From a virus, in the IMG/VR virus record IMGVR_UViG_3300012936_000001, positions 103,119 to 167,118 of that record: 64,000 nt of DNA; one strand, 5' to 3'. Made by a program: the position numbers and the translations under genes. Of this stretch, positions 27,659 to 37,373 are shown piece by piece. How positions within the stretch are numbered: position 1 is the first letter of the stretch; each line of letters opens with the position of its first letter. The notes under the pieces were generated by a model. That model saw only the letters and a program-made list of their open reading frames with translations. It had not been told where the DNA came from and made no database searches.

Positions 27659-28250
27659 GAAACTTTTTGACCTAGATAAACTAATAATGCAAGAAACAAA
27701 AAGAGCCATGGCTGGTGTCATAGAACCAGAGAGAAGGCTTCAGCAAGTTCAGGCCGAAAAAAACAAACCCTTTAAGGCAAAGGAAAAATCTAGGAAAGAT
27801 ATTAGCAAAGACAACGAGAAAGAAGGAGAGGTTGACGAAGCGGAAAAAGACGACGGTGCAAAAGTCAAAAAGTCGGCTCTTCCCGAAATTGACATGTCCG
27901 CTATTTCAGATCTTGTAGATACCATCCGAGCAGGAAAGTCTCTGAAGGACAAGAAAACTCGTGCGGATTTAAAGGCATACTATCAAAGATTAAACGAAGA
28001 TGAAAGACTGGCACTTTATGCATTTCTCTCAGGGCTTGCAGAGGTCATGACAGATCCAGAAGGGGACGCTGGACAAGATGCTGCCCATCCAGCTAAGGAT
28101 CCATATAAACTCAAGATGAGCCGATCAGCCCCGAAAGCAGATAAGAAAGCGAAGGCAAAAGGAGAAGATTCTCCCATTGTTGTCGGTGAAGCTGCAGACA
28201 AATCAAGAGAAAAAAGAATCATTCGATCCAACTTCAGAAGAAGAAGATGA
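27648..28250 (+). CDS. Hypothetical protein with basic termini
   Basis: ORF in the tagged-protein cluster. Confidence 0.7.
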   Translation: MRRKKLFDLDKLIMQETKRAMAGVIEPERRLQQVQAEKNKPFKAKEKSRKDISKDNEKEGEVDEAEKDDGAKVKKSALPEIDMSAISDLVDTIRAGKSLKDKKTRADLKAYYQRLNEDERLALYAFLSGLAEVMTDPEGDAGQDAAHPAKDPYKLKMSRSAPKADKKAKAKGEDSPIVVGEAADKSREKRIIRSNFRRRR

Positions 28251-29320
28251 AGATAACACGAAGCCAATTACGAAGAATGATCTCTCTTATCACAGAGGCA
28301 GCTGATTCTCATCGGTGCCTCGATGGCCGAATAGTTCCTAAGGATTCAAAGGATTGTTATCTGGATATCTGTGCTCGAATCGAAGATGCAGAATATATAC
28401 GAAATGGAATGTCTGGAGGCACAGCCACAAGAGCTTATTATAATGGGGTACTTGCAGACCTAAGAAAGAAAAGAAGAAGATTATCCAAGAATTTACATGA
28501 ATCTGTTGCTCAAAGAAAAAAATTACAAAAGTGGATGAGCCAGCCGAGCTGGGACACCATTTCTAGAGGAGCGAGAATCCAAAGAAAAAGAGATGCCGAT
28601 TATAAGCTTCTATTTAAAGACAAAAGAGACACTTCGTATGGCGAGCCCATAATGTGGAGAAGTGATATGGGACTAGAAGAGCCACCCGAAGACTATAAGC
28701 CGACTCTTTCGAAAGAAAAAAGAGATACATATAGAAGAGCTTCTTTTGCCCAGTCTAAAATATATGACTGGTGGCAGAAGAATGCAGACATAGAATTTTT
28801 GAAAAGTGTTCAAAAGATTCATTGGATAGGCTGGATTAATGAAAAAGCCGCAATCGGAGGATCCGAAAAGCCTAAGGGGGTAGACGGTCTCAAATTTTTT
28901 AATAGAAAATATAGAAGAGGCAAATTCCACAAAGACGCTCTTTCTACGGTCGGTTACACTGGAAGGATTCCAGCCACAATGAATGCAGTTGGAATAGTTA
29001 TCAAGAATTCTCATCCAATTTTTGCTAGCAACGATGACATATGGACAAACGAACTGTACATGGCAACCGAAGCAGATATAGAATTCTATAGCAACAGCGG
29101 GCTTCCCAAGAAGCCTTCAACCGCTATAGATCCAATGAGTGTAATTTTCGATGCGACTGATGTTAGGGGTAGGATAATTAGTGAGATAGTCATAGACAAT
29201 TGGGCTTGGGAAGAAATATATCTCGGTGCGGCTTTATCCAAGAAAGATGTTGCAAAAATAAAAAATTACTGTAGATCCGCAAACATCAACATAATTAATA
29301 ATAACTTTAAAGGATTATAG
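28247..29320 (+). CDS. Tagged multi-segment hypothetical protein
   Basis: MKITRSQLRRMISLITE leader; internal LRKKRRRLSKNLHES. Confidence 0.75.
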   Translation: MKITRSQLRRMISLITEAADSHRCLDGRIVPKDSKDCYLDICARIEDAEYIRNGMSGGTATRAYYNGVLADLRKKRRRLSKNLHESVAQRKKLQKWMSQPSWDTISRGARIQRKRDADYKLLFKDKRDTSYGEPIMWRSDMGLEEPPEDYKPTLSKEKRDTYRRASFAQSKIYDWWQKNADIEFLKSVQKIHWIGWINEKAAIGGSEKPKGVDGLKFFNRKYRRGKFHKDALSTVGYTGRIPATMNAVGIVIKNSHPIFASNDDIWTNELYMATEADIEFYSNSGLPKKPSTAIDPMSVIFDATDVRGRIISEIVIDNWAWEEIYLGAALSKKDVAKIKNYCRSANINIINNNFKGL

Positions 29321-29329
29321 GAGAATCAC

Positions 29330-30478
29330 GTGAATCTTAAGAGCCTAAGAAAAATAATTTTGGAGACAATCAATGAAAAAAATACTCCCTCCAAAAGAAA
29401 AAACCGCAAAAAATATTTAAATAAAGTATTGTCAGAAGCTAGCCAAATATTATTAGAAGAAGAACAGGCTGACTATAAGACAATAGAAGACAAAATAAGA
29501 GGATTTAACTATGCTCTGAAAGATGGCGCGGAGGAAACAAGAAGTTTTCTTGATAACGAAGGAAAGAGTTCTACTTTTCGGGATTTCCTAAAGTCCGGAG
29601 AAGACGATGGATCAGCCGATGATGACGTTGTCAAGATATCAGAAGCTCCCCAGACCCTAGAATCTCTTCAGCCAAGTCAAGGATTTATTGATGCGGGTCA
29701 ATCTGTCTCATTCTCTTTCTGCAATTACAAATTTGGATTCAAGCCACCTCTCATGGGCGGTCCATATACTGCAAAAGACCCCCTGAGTTGTGCTGGCGAC
29801 GTTATACTCGACGGTCACCATAGATGGTCCGGCGGTGTAGCCGTAAATCCAAAAGCGCAGATAAACACTCGAGATTTTGGAGTAAAAGGAGACCCGGGTC
29901 AAAAATTAGCAAAAATGCAAGCCGCGGTTGCATCTCAGACTCCTGCAAATCAGCCTATTCCTTCGAAAAGCGGAGATAAGTCTGGTGACATCATGGGTAA
30001 AAGTGCAGCTGAACTCGAACCTATCTTGACAAATATGTTAGGAAAAGCAGCGAGTGAATTTGATGGCAAAGCCGATGATGAAATAATTCTTGGGGATAAG
30101 TTTATTAATGATCTTAAGGCCGATACTGGAAACCGTGCTCAACTCAAGAGTGTTTTTGGAATAACTGAAGATGACCTAAATAACGTAAAACCTGAACAGA
30201 CATACGCTTCTTTCGATGCAATAGACTGTCCGGTAAGAAAAAAGATTATTGCAGGATCTAGTAAAAATCTTGCATCTATGAGAAAGCAAGCAGCTGGAAC
30301 CCCAAAAGAACGTGACGACATGCCTCAATTAGACCACGATGACATCGGAGGAGATGCTGGATTTGCACAGATTCGGAGAGATCTCGCAAAAGGTAGAATA
30401 AATATCGAGTCTCCTTATGTCAACGAAAATAAACAATTGAAAAGATGGAATAAATTAGCTGGTCTTCTTAAGGACTAA
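29330..30478 (+). CDS. ParB/Srx-fold-like protein with N- and C-terminal tags
   Basis: LQPSQ..ILDGHHRW; ends with NENKQLKRWNKLAGLLKD. Confidence 0.7.
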   Translation: MNLKSLRKIILETINEKNTPSKRKNRKKYLNKVLSEASQILLEEEQADYKTIEDKIRGFNYALKDGAEETRSFLDNEGKSSTFRDFLKSGEDDGSADDDVVKISEAPQTLESLQPSQGFIDAGQSVSFSFCNYKFGFKPPLMGGPYTAKDPLSCAGDVILDGHHRWSGGVAVNPKAQINTRDFGVKGDPGQKLAKMQAAVASQTPANQPIPSKSGDKSGDIMGKSAAELEPILTNMLGKAASEFDGKADDEIILGDKFINDLKADTGNRAQLKSVFGITEDDLNNVKPEQTYASFDAIDCPVRKKIIAGSSKNLASMRKQAAGTPKERDDMPQLDHDDIGGDAGFAQIRRDLAKGRINIESPYVNENKQLKRWNKLAGLLKD

Positions 30479-30490
30479 TTGGAGAAAAAA

Positions 30491-31771
30491 ATGAACATAA
30501 GACAACTTAGAAAATTGGTATTGGAAACTGTATCGGAAGAACGTCGACGACCATCTAGAAGGAAGCGTAGAGCGATCAAAGAGAACCGCTCAAAGAAACT
30601 TGCAAGAATTCTTCTTGAGGCAGATAAAGAATTAAAAGAACAAGAGGAAGGCGGTGCTGCGCCGGCAGCCACTGCAAACTATGCGGACATGGAACTTTCG
30701 ATGGTTGGTCTTGATGCAGGAAATGTTTATGATACAGTAACCGATTCATCTGAGGGTGACTTAAATGATCTTCAGAAAAATATAATTGCTCAGGATAAGA
30801 ATATGCCGAAAGACAAAGCAGGTTTCAGTGCATATGCAAAGGAACAACTGCCAGAAAAGGAAGAATTTATCAAGCGTTATAATGAAGTCGTCGCAAAAGT
30901 AAAAAGCGATGGTGGACGTGGTTTTCATAAGGCATACATGCCGGCCCTCGAAGGAGATGATGCTCCTCAAGTCAGCCAAGCGCTTACGGACGAAAATGCA
31001 CCTTTTGGAATTGATGTCGACGCTTCTCAAGGAAAGTTTGCTGATATTCTTGCAAAGGCCAAGAACATTCAGATAGATGGAAAGAATCTGCTTGATATGA
31101 CTGCTGCAGAGATGGCACAGAAAAAAGATCAGATCAAGACCGCCATGAAAGAAAATTCATGGTTTGCTGGCGATCTTCTACTTGAATTTTCCCCGCATGA
31201 TTCTTTCCCATGGCCTGGCGCAAAGAAAGCAATCGACGGAGCTAAAACTCTTGGAAAGGGCGCACCTATTCTAAAAGCAGATCAAATAACCGGCCCTGCT
31301 GCTCTGTTTCTTACTCTTGGGCATTTTGACGATGCTCCCGATAAGCTCGAACTCCCAAGTGAACCTGGTTCCGTTACAGCTGGGCAAGCGAAGCCTACCC
31401 AAACAAACATTCAGCTTGCGAAGTCTCTCAGGTTTGCCCTTAATAACATGTACGGTAAATGGGACACGGAAGGTATGGGCGGCGCGTATGCCACAAAGGA
31501 CGGAGATATTCTTGATGGCCATCATCGTTGGAGTTCTCAATATCTTAGAAACGGCGCGGCCGCTGACTTGCCTGGATTGTACAAGATCCAAGCTCCATTT
31601 TCTCAGGATCTCCTAAAAATGCTTACCGCCATTGGAAACGCAATGGGGCGTGGAACAAAAGAAGGTGAGCCTGATGCAAAGAAGGAAGCTGCATGGCATA
31701 AGGGAAATGTTATCAACGAAAACGCAGTTATCAATCGCTGGAACAAGCTTGCTGGCTTGTTGAAAGACTAA
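30491..31771 (+). CDS. ParB/Srx-fold-like protein with N- and C-terminal tags (paralog)
   Basis: AKPTQ..ILDGHHRW; ends with NENAVINRWNKLAGLLKD. Confidence 0.7.
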   Translation: MNIRQLRKLVLETVSEERRRPSRRKRRAIKENRSKKLARILLEADKELKEQEEGGAAPAATANYADMELSMVGLDAGNVYDTVTDSSEGDLNDLQKNIIAQDKNMPKDKAGFSAYAKEQLPEKEEFIKRYNEVVAKVKSDGGRGFHKAYMPALEGDDAPQVSQALTDENAPFGIDVDASQGKFADILAKAKNIQIDGKNLLDMTAAEMAQKKDQIKTAMKENSWFAGDLLLEFSPHDSFPWPGAKKAIDGAKTLGKGAPILKADQITGPAALFLTLGHFDDAPDKLELPSEPGSVTAGQAKPTQTNIQLAKSLRFALNNMYGKWDTEGMGGAYATKDGDILDGHHRWSSQYLRNGAAADLPGLYKIQAPFSQDLLKMLTAIGNAMGRGTKEGEPDAKKEAAWHKGNVINENAVINRWNKLAGLLKD

Positions 31772-31787
31772 TCTCTAGAGAACCAAG

Positions 31788-32162
31788 ATGAAAATATCAA
31801 AAAGACAGCTCAAAAGAATCATCAAAGAAGAGTATTCTAAACTTAGACGTCGCGGACTAATCCGTGAGATGCATCATGATACTAGTCATCAACCATTTCA
31901 ATTCGATCGAAGTGATCCTATAGCCTGTGCAGAGTATGATGTTTTTGATAACAACTATGAAGGCTCTGTGCCTCCAGGTTGCTCCCCTCAGTGGAAAAAA
32001 GATTATGATGATGCTTTCGAGGAAATCGAAGCAGAATATGAGGAACATCTAATTCAACAAGAGCCTAGATCTTATGATGGATATGGTAGTTCAGACTATG
32101 GTTATGACGAGCCATACTATGATCCTGAGTGGGGAGATTCTCCAAAAGATAGGGAACATTAG
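31788..32162 (+). CDS. Leader-tagged acidic hypothetical protein
   Basis: MKISKRQLKRIIKEEYSKLRRRGLIRE leader. Confidence 0.85.
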   Translation: MKISKRQLKRIIKEEYSKLRRRGLIREMHHDTSHQPFQFDRSDPIACAEYDVFDNNYEGSVPPGCSPQWKKDYDDAFEEIEAEYEEHLIQQEPRSYDGYGSSDYGYDEPYYDPEWGDSPKDREH

Positions 32163-32174
32163 TCATTAAATCCT

Positions 32175-32220
32175 GTGTAAAGCATTTCAGAATAGGTTAC
32201 ATTATATATGTAACCTTTTT
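32175..32220 (+). promoter_or_regulatory. Early-type promoter GTGTAA-N17-TACATT overlapped by the palindrome AGGTTACAT-N5-ATGTAACCT
   Basis: Read directly from the sequence. Confidence 0.7.
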
Positions 32221-32234
32221 CAATTGGAGTAAAC

Positions 32235-33434
32235 ATGGGCGGTTGTGCGAAACACATGATGCATCCCTACGATAACCTGGGAATAACTTTTGATGAACTT
32301 GCAGACTTAATATGCAAAGTTGGATCAGCCTCAATAAAAGCCTACGAAAAGGTGGATGGGACAAACATCCACTGGTCCTTGGCAGAAGATAACGAGCCTA
32401 GGTTCGCCTTGAACATGGGGCAACTTATTAAAGGCGGCCTTACAATAGATGAGTTCTCAGAGTGGCTCAAACATCACCCCGGTCGAGCTCAGTTCATGGC
32501 TGGCGCCATGGAGTTGTATAGTCGCAAGTTCAAAACACACGGTGGTATTCCATGGCATTTCAAAAAAGACTTGAGTCTATGGGTAAATACCGAGATTATT
32601 TCAAAAGCCAATCCACAGTGCCTAGAATATGACCATGATTGCCTTGTATTTCACGACTTGGTAGAATACTCACCAGAACAAAAGAAATGCGTTTCTGTGG
32701 CATCTGAGCATTCTTGGGGCTGGTCTTCTTTTATCGTAGAGACAACCGGCTGCAAATCATATGATTGGAAGACATATCACAAGCTGGACGTTAAATTAAG
32801 CGCCAACTTTCGGGCTGTTCAAACCTATCTTTCAAAGCTTCATGAGATTATGGATTATTGGAAGTTATCTCCAAACGATACTTTGAAAACTTATTATGCA
32901 AAGATTACGTCCAAAGAATTGTCACAGTGGCTACCTCGGGCAGCCGCTCAAGCCGTGGTAGAAAACGTCTGGTACGGCGGCAAGTCAAATGTTCGATATA
33001 TTAGACAAGAATTAGTAGACTGGGCTCCAATGACTAGGTTCAACCGGATAGCTCTTTCAAAGCATCGAGCAGGATATCAAGGTGAATGCAAACGTGAGAT
33101 GAAACTGTTATTCGATTCTTTTGGAGCTGAGATGATTCAAGACACAAAAAGCAACCTTATTGAGGATTCTTCTCGACAGAAAAAACTAATGTTATCAAAA
33201 ATGGAAAAATCGATGGAAGAAGTAAAAGCTTTTCATAACACTATGAATGATGACGTATCGGGAACGCTTCTCTCGAAAACAGAGGAAGAGTTGGAGAGAT
33301 TTACAAGACTCAAAGTGTCGCCCCCGTCTATGGAAGGAATAGTTTTCGAAATGTACCATGGAAAGTACAAGCTGACTGGCGCCTTCCCATCGATGAACCG
33401 TGTTGCTGGCGCAGCTCGATACGGAATAAAATAG
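32235..33434 (+). CDS. ATP-dependent ligase-like nucleotidyltransferase (DUF6267-like)
   Basis: EKVDG (motif I), EGIVF (motif IV), YKLTG (motif V). Confidence 0.6.
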   Translation: MGGCAKHMMHPYDNLGITFDELADLICKVGSASIKAYEKVDGTNIHWSLAEDNEPRFALNMGQLIKGGLTIDEFSEWLKHHPGRAQFMAGAMELYSRKFKTHGGIPWHFKKDLSLWVNTEIISKANPQCLEYDHDCLVFHDLVEYSPEQKKCVSVASEHSWGWSSFIVETTGCKSYDWKTYHKLDVKLSANFRAVQTYLSKLHEIMDYWKLSPNDTLKTYYAKITSKELSQWLPRAAAQAVVENVWYGGKSNVRYIRQELVDWAPMTRFNRIALSKHRAGYQGECKREMKLLFDSFGAEMIQDTKSNLIEDSSRQKKLMLSKMEKSMEEVKAFHNTMNDDVSGTLLSKTEEELERFTRLKVSPPSMEGIVFEMYHGKYKLTGAFPSMNRVAGAARYGIK

Positions 33435-33442
33435 TCACGGCT

Positions 33443-33470
33443 AAAAGAAAAAAGCCGGGAAACCGGCTTT
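33443..33470. terminator. Intrinsic terminator between convergent genes
   Basis: aaagccgg-gaaa-ccggcttt with a flanking A tract. Confidence 0.8.
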
Positions 33471-33491
33471 ATTAGTTTAAGATCTTTGAAT

Positions 33492-34034
33492 TTATGATGT
33501 AAGGATTGAAAGGTATTCTTCTGCGTGTGGCTTCAAAAATTTTGGAAGCATTTTTTCAAAAGACTTCCAGTCTCCGGTTGCTATAGCTTCTCTTACCCAG
33601 GCTCCTTTGGCCATCGGCGAATTTCCTTGGCCTCGCTTGAAGTGTTCGGCTTTTTCTTCTGCGACGTTAACTATGGTCCCACCAAGATTGGTTCCATATC
33701 TTGCATTCAATTTGGCGCCCGGGAACCTCGCAACATCTTCAGTTCCCCCGTATATTCGGAAAGATACATTGTCTCCTCTTTCGTTGGCAGAAGCGATGAT
33801 GTCATACACTTCACCGACTGGAGATTTTGCAAAGCGAACCTCTACGAACGAAGGAAGAAGAGGAATAATTAAGTTCTCCCACGCTCTGCGCATGTTGCTC
33901 CCGCTTATAGACTTCCTATCTTTTTCTGACGTGACGATAATTACGCGGTCGCATTCCGAGATGGCTTGTTCCGTGAGATAGTGATGACCGGCGTGATAAG
34001 GTTTCATAGCACCGGGTACTAATCCAATTTTCAT
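33492..34034 (-). CDS. HxGH nucleotidylyltransferase (cytidylyltransferase-like)
   Basis: LVPGAMKPYHAGH Rossmann-like motif; SD AGGAG on the minus strand. Confidence 0.8.
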   Translation of the reverse strand: MKIGLVPGAMKPYHAGHHYLTEQAISECDRVIIVTSEKDRKSISGSNMRRAWENLIIPLLPSFVEVRFAKSPVGEVYDIIASANERGDNVSFRIYGGTEDVARFPGAKLNARYGTNLGGTIVNVAEEKAEHFKRGQGNSPMAKGAWVREAIATGDWKSFEKMLPKFLKPHAEEYLSILTS

Positions 34035-34107
34035 ATATGACTCCTACGTTTGTATACTTATAATATAATTATATTAGAGTGTGGTTACACAGGATTTGGA
34101 GAACAAA

Positions 34108-35343
34108 ATGGATAAAATTAAGTTATTAAATGAATCAACCGGCGCGTTTAAAACATTAGTAGGCTCTGCAAAAGATAGTTTGGGTAATTTTTACGATGTT
34201 ATAAAAGCTAGTTTCAAAGGAGTATTTAGGTCTTTTATTTATTGGGCAAGAGTGCACTTTCCTTTGACGCCGTTCCGCTCCATGGAATCTTATAGAAATA
34301 TGGCAAGAAATTATGATCAGGACATGAACAGGATTTATGGAGAGTTAGATTCAGCAATGTCCAAAATGTCTGTTTCAAATGGGACCCTGATGTTAATGAA
34401 CCCTACGGCTGGCGTTGTATCAATGTTAGCAGATGCTAGTATTGGCTACAATACTGGTGATCTTGGTGATTGGTTTCAAGATCTTGGATTGCGAGATATA
34501 ATTTTCGATCGAAATTCAGTAACAAATTTTGAAGGCGCTTTTGGTTATCTAGATGAATCAAATCCGGATGCCCTGAAAGAAAGATTTGCAAAAATTACTG
34601 GTGTCGCATATCAGTCTGGTGGTGGCGATTACTTTAATTCTATATTCGGAAGCATTCAAAGGATTTTTCTTCTCGATCTAAAAAAAGATTCATATGATCG
34701 ACCTGGGAACATAATACTGGAGGCAGATGAGAATCAATCTTTGGATGAAATGAAAAAAGAACTTTTTCTAAAACACATGGAAATTATCGGTTTCTTTGAA
34801 ATGTTCGAAGCTGTAGCAGAAAAATTTACAGCTAGAAAAAAAGAATATGTACAGGAATTAATGGATAGCGTTGAAGAAGCAAATCGAATCGGCAGTGCTA
34901 TACTCGAATCAAAAACTCCAAAAGAATTTTCGGAACAAGTAACGCCACTTATAACTGCTTCAAAAAGCGAGATAACAAAAAAGCTTGATATCGCTGGTTT
35001 CGTTAAAATGTCAGAAGATGAATTTAAGAAATTAAAGCAAGACAAAAAGAATTATAAAGAAATAGCAAAAAAAGTTGGCCAAGGTCTGGATGGCAATGAA
35101 TTAGATGAAAAAATTATGGAGCATGTTTTTACGGCAGCGAGATCTGATTTTGCAAACGTGATTGGAGAATCAATGAAAAGTTCATATGATGAGTTGAAGG
35201 AGATAATAACAGGCAACTTAAATAAAACACAACAAAAATCAATTCAACAAACAGAAAACGGAAAAGCATATCTTGATTGGATGAACAAAACAATGAAAAA
35301 ACTCGACGATTCTTTAACAAATTCTGAATCTTTGCAAAAATAA
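34108..35343 (+). CDS. Hypothetical helical protein with a short leader (MDKIKLLNE)
   Basis: Long ORF, SD GGAG; internal IILE/A. Confidence 0.75.
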   Translation: MDKIKLLNESTGAFKTLVGSAKDSLGNFYDVIKASFKGVFRSFIYWARVHFPLTPFRSMESYRNMARNYDQDMNRIYGELDSAMSKMSVSNGTLMLMNPTAGVVSMLADASIGYNTGDLGDWFQDLGLRDIIFDRNSVTNFEGAFGYLDESNPDALKERFAKITGVAYQSGGGDYFNSIFGSIQRIFLLDLKKDSYDRPGNIILEADENQSLDEMKKELFLKHMEIIGFFEMFEAVAEKFTARKKEYVQELMDSVEEANRIGSAILESKTPKEFSEQVTPLITASKSEITKKLDIAGFVKMSEDEFKKLKQDKKNYKEIAKKVGQGLDGNELDEKIMEHVFTAARSDFANVIGESMKSSYDELKEIITGNLNKTQQKSIQQTENGKAYLDWMNKTMKKLDDSLTNSESLQK

Positions 35344-35360
35344 AGTAAAAGGAGTCAGAT

Positions 35361-35723
35361 ATGAATAAAAAAAGAACATGGGTACCAGAAATCTGCTACG
35401 AGGAATATGGAGAAGACACAATGACTGGCGGACTACCATTTATTCCAGTCCCAAAAGATAAAGAAATGCCCAATGTCATGTTTTTCTTTGGGTCTCAAGA
35501 AACCGGAGAGTTTGAACCTGATGCCGAGGGCAACGAGCAAGCCATTGTAGAAATGGAAGTCTATCAGTATGGTTGTATGAAATATCTTCAGCAGAATCTA
35601 GATGAGGAAACATTTGACAAGGTTCGAGTTGCCCTGGGATTGCAAACTCTAAACGAAGCAAGACAGGCCGGCAGCAAGATTTCAGAAAAGGTTCTAGACA
35701 ACGTCAAGTCTAAGCTTTCTTAA
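35361..35723 (+). CDS. Hypothetical protein
   Basis: SD AAGGAG, clean ORF. Confidence 0.7.
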   Translation: MNKKRTWVPEICYEEYGEDTMTGGLPFIPVPKDKEMPNVMFFFGSQETGEFEPDAEGNEQAIVEMEVYQYGCMKYLQQNLDEETFDKVRVALGLQTLNEARQAGSKISEKVLDNVKSKLS

Positions 35724-35725
35724 AT

Positions 35726-35754
35726 TTGTAAAATCAAATTAAATTTGTTATAAT
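35726..35754 (+). promoter_or_regulatory. Early-type promoter TTGTAA-N17-TATAAT
   Basis: Exact spacing. Confidence 0.7.
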
Positions 35755-35779
35755 CTCTTTGAACATTAGGGGAGATTAT

Positions 35780-36553
35780 ATGACCTATTTAGAAAAAAGC
35801 CATATTGAATCGGCTTGCAAAAAGATGAAAGGCTTCTACGACCAGTTGCAAAACCTATACTCTGACTTTGATCTAGACCTTGAAGAAAATAGAGGGAGAC
35901 GAAACATATTAATGTCTCAGCCCATGGAGCACTTTGTCGCCCAAGAACTACGTCCATTTTTTAAAGAGGTTATAAACGATGGCAGAACTGGCAAAGCTGA
36001 CATACTAATAAAAGACGGAGAGGTCGAAATAGAACTCGAGTGCAAACTGACATCTCCTCATTCTTCTGGCACGGTGGCTTTCCAATCGGACCATGAGACT
36101 CTTCAGAAGAAAGGGTCTTTGGATTACATTTATATCATCGCCAACGAAACATTTGATGGTTTCTGTGCTATACATTTTTCTGGATTAACAACAGAAGATT
36201 TTCGAGATCTGTCTACCGGAGCAAGAGGAAAAGTACAAATGTACAAATGGAAAGGAATGAAGAAAGCAAAAGTCCTCATGGGAGAAGTAATAAACAACAC
36301 GGATAAACTAATCACCGGGAAAACAGATCTTATTGGAAAAGTTTTTCGAAAAAACTGGGAAAAGTGTGACAAGTGGAAAAAAGCAAAAGAAAATCTTTCC
36401 GAAGGCCAAGTGTATGAAAGAAAAAAATTGCAAGGCCAAATAGAAAGATTGAATAAAAATACAAGCAACAGAATTAACAAGATCATGAAAGATATTAGAA
36501 TACTAGAGGAAAGAAATCCAAGCTACACAATCAATTTTGAGGCAATAAAATGA
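35780..36553 (+). CDS. PD-(D/E)xK restriction-endonuclease-like nuclease
   Basis: E..GKADILI...ELECK pattern. Confidence 0.55.
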   Translation: MTYLEKSHIESACKKMKGFYDQLQNLYSDFDLDLEENRGRRNILMSQPMEHFVAQELRPFFKEVINDGRTGKADILIKDGEVEIELECKLTSPHSSGTVAFQSDHETLQKKGSLDYIYIIANETFDGFCAIHFSGLTTEDFRDLSTGARGKVQMYKWKGMKKAKVLMGEVINNTDKLITGKTDLIGKVFRKNWEKCDKWKKAKENLSEGQVYERKKLQGQIERLNKNTSNRINKIMKDIRILEERNPSYTINFEAIK

Positions 36554-36744
36554 AAGCACACCCTACACTTATAGAAAAACTAATCAAGACATATGAAGTA
36601 TACTCCGGGTGGAGAGATCAGGCAAAATTAAAAAAAGCTTTGGCAGAACTTAATTTTGCGGTATATAAGAGACAAGACGGATTGGAAGTTTTGGTAGATA
36701 AAGACGAAATGGAAAAACTTCTTCGACAACAAGTTCAGGAATAA
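36550..36744 (+). CDS. Small hypothetical protein
   Basis: ATGA overlap. Confidence 0.55.
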   Translation: MKAHPTLIEKLIKTYEVYSGWRDQAKLKKALAELNFAVYKRQDGLEVLVDKDEMEKLLRQQVQE

Positions 36745-36754
36745 GAGGTGCTGA

Positions 36755-37177
36755 GTGGAATACAACGTAGGGGAAATACTTTGGATTGTTTCTAACTCTC
36801 CCGGAATTGTTGTAGTAAGAGTCATTGAAGAAATTACAAAAAAAACTCTTTCGGGCACAAAGACAAGCTATATAGTCGAAGTACTCGGAAAGGATGATTC
36901 CGGATATGATTTGGAAAACATAAAGGGAAAGATTCACCGTTCAAAAGATGATGCAGTATCAACGATGATGGAAAACACTAGAAAAGCTATAGACAGCCTT
37001 GTTGCGCAACACGTGAAACTTATTGCAAGCCTGTGGAACACAGGTGAGAAAATCGCAGCTCCACCAGAATCAGCTCGAAACAATACACCATCAGCTGATA
37101 ATTATGAAGTTATAGAGTTAGAGAATGGTACAAAAGCAAGAATAAAAGTTTCAAACATCAAGGAGAAAATAGGATGA
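36755..37177 (+). CDS. Hypothetical protein
   Basis: GTG start after an SD. Confidence 0.6.
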   Translation: MEYNVGEILWIVSNSPGIVVVRVIEEITKKTLSGTKTSYIVEVLGKDDSGYDLENIKGKIHRSKDDAVSTMMENTRKAIDSLVAQHVKLIASLWNTGEKIAAPPESARNNTPSADNYEVIELENGTKARIKVSNIKEKIG

Positions 37178-37368
37178 GCGAACAAATAGTTAGCGGAACC
37201 CAACTACAGGATCTTCGCAGCCAAAAAGTTATTACAGAAAATGAAATCGCAATTGTCGAAGGTGACTTGATACTGGCAAAAAATGTTCTCACCCAAGAGA
37301 GAAGAATTATTGGAAAGAAAAACGAAGTCATCAAAGAATCAAACGAGAGAAGAATTCTAAAAGGATAA
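37174..37368 (+). CDS. Small hypothetical protein
   Basis: ATGA overlap. Confidence 0.6.
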   Translation: MSEQIVSGTQLQDLRSQKVITENEIAIVEGDLILAKNVLTQERRIIGKKNEVIKESNERRILKG

Positions 37369-37373
37369 AATAT

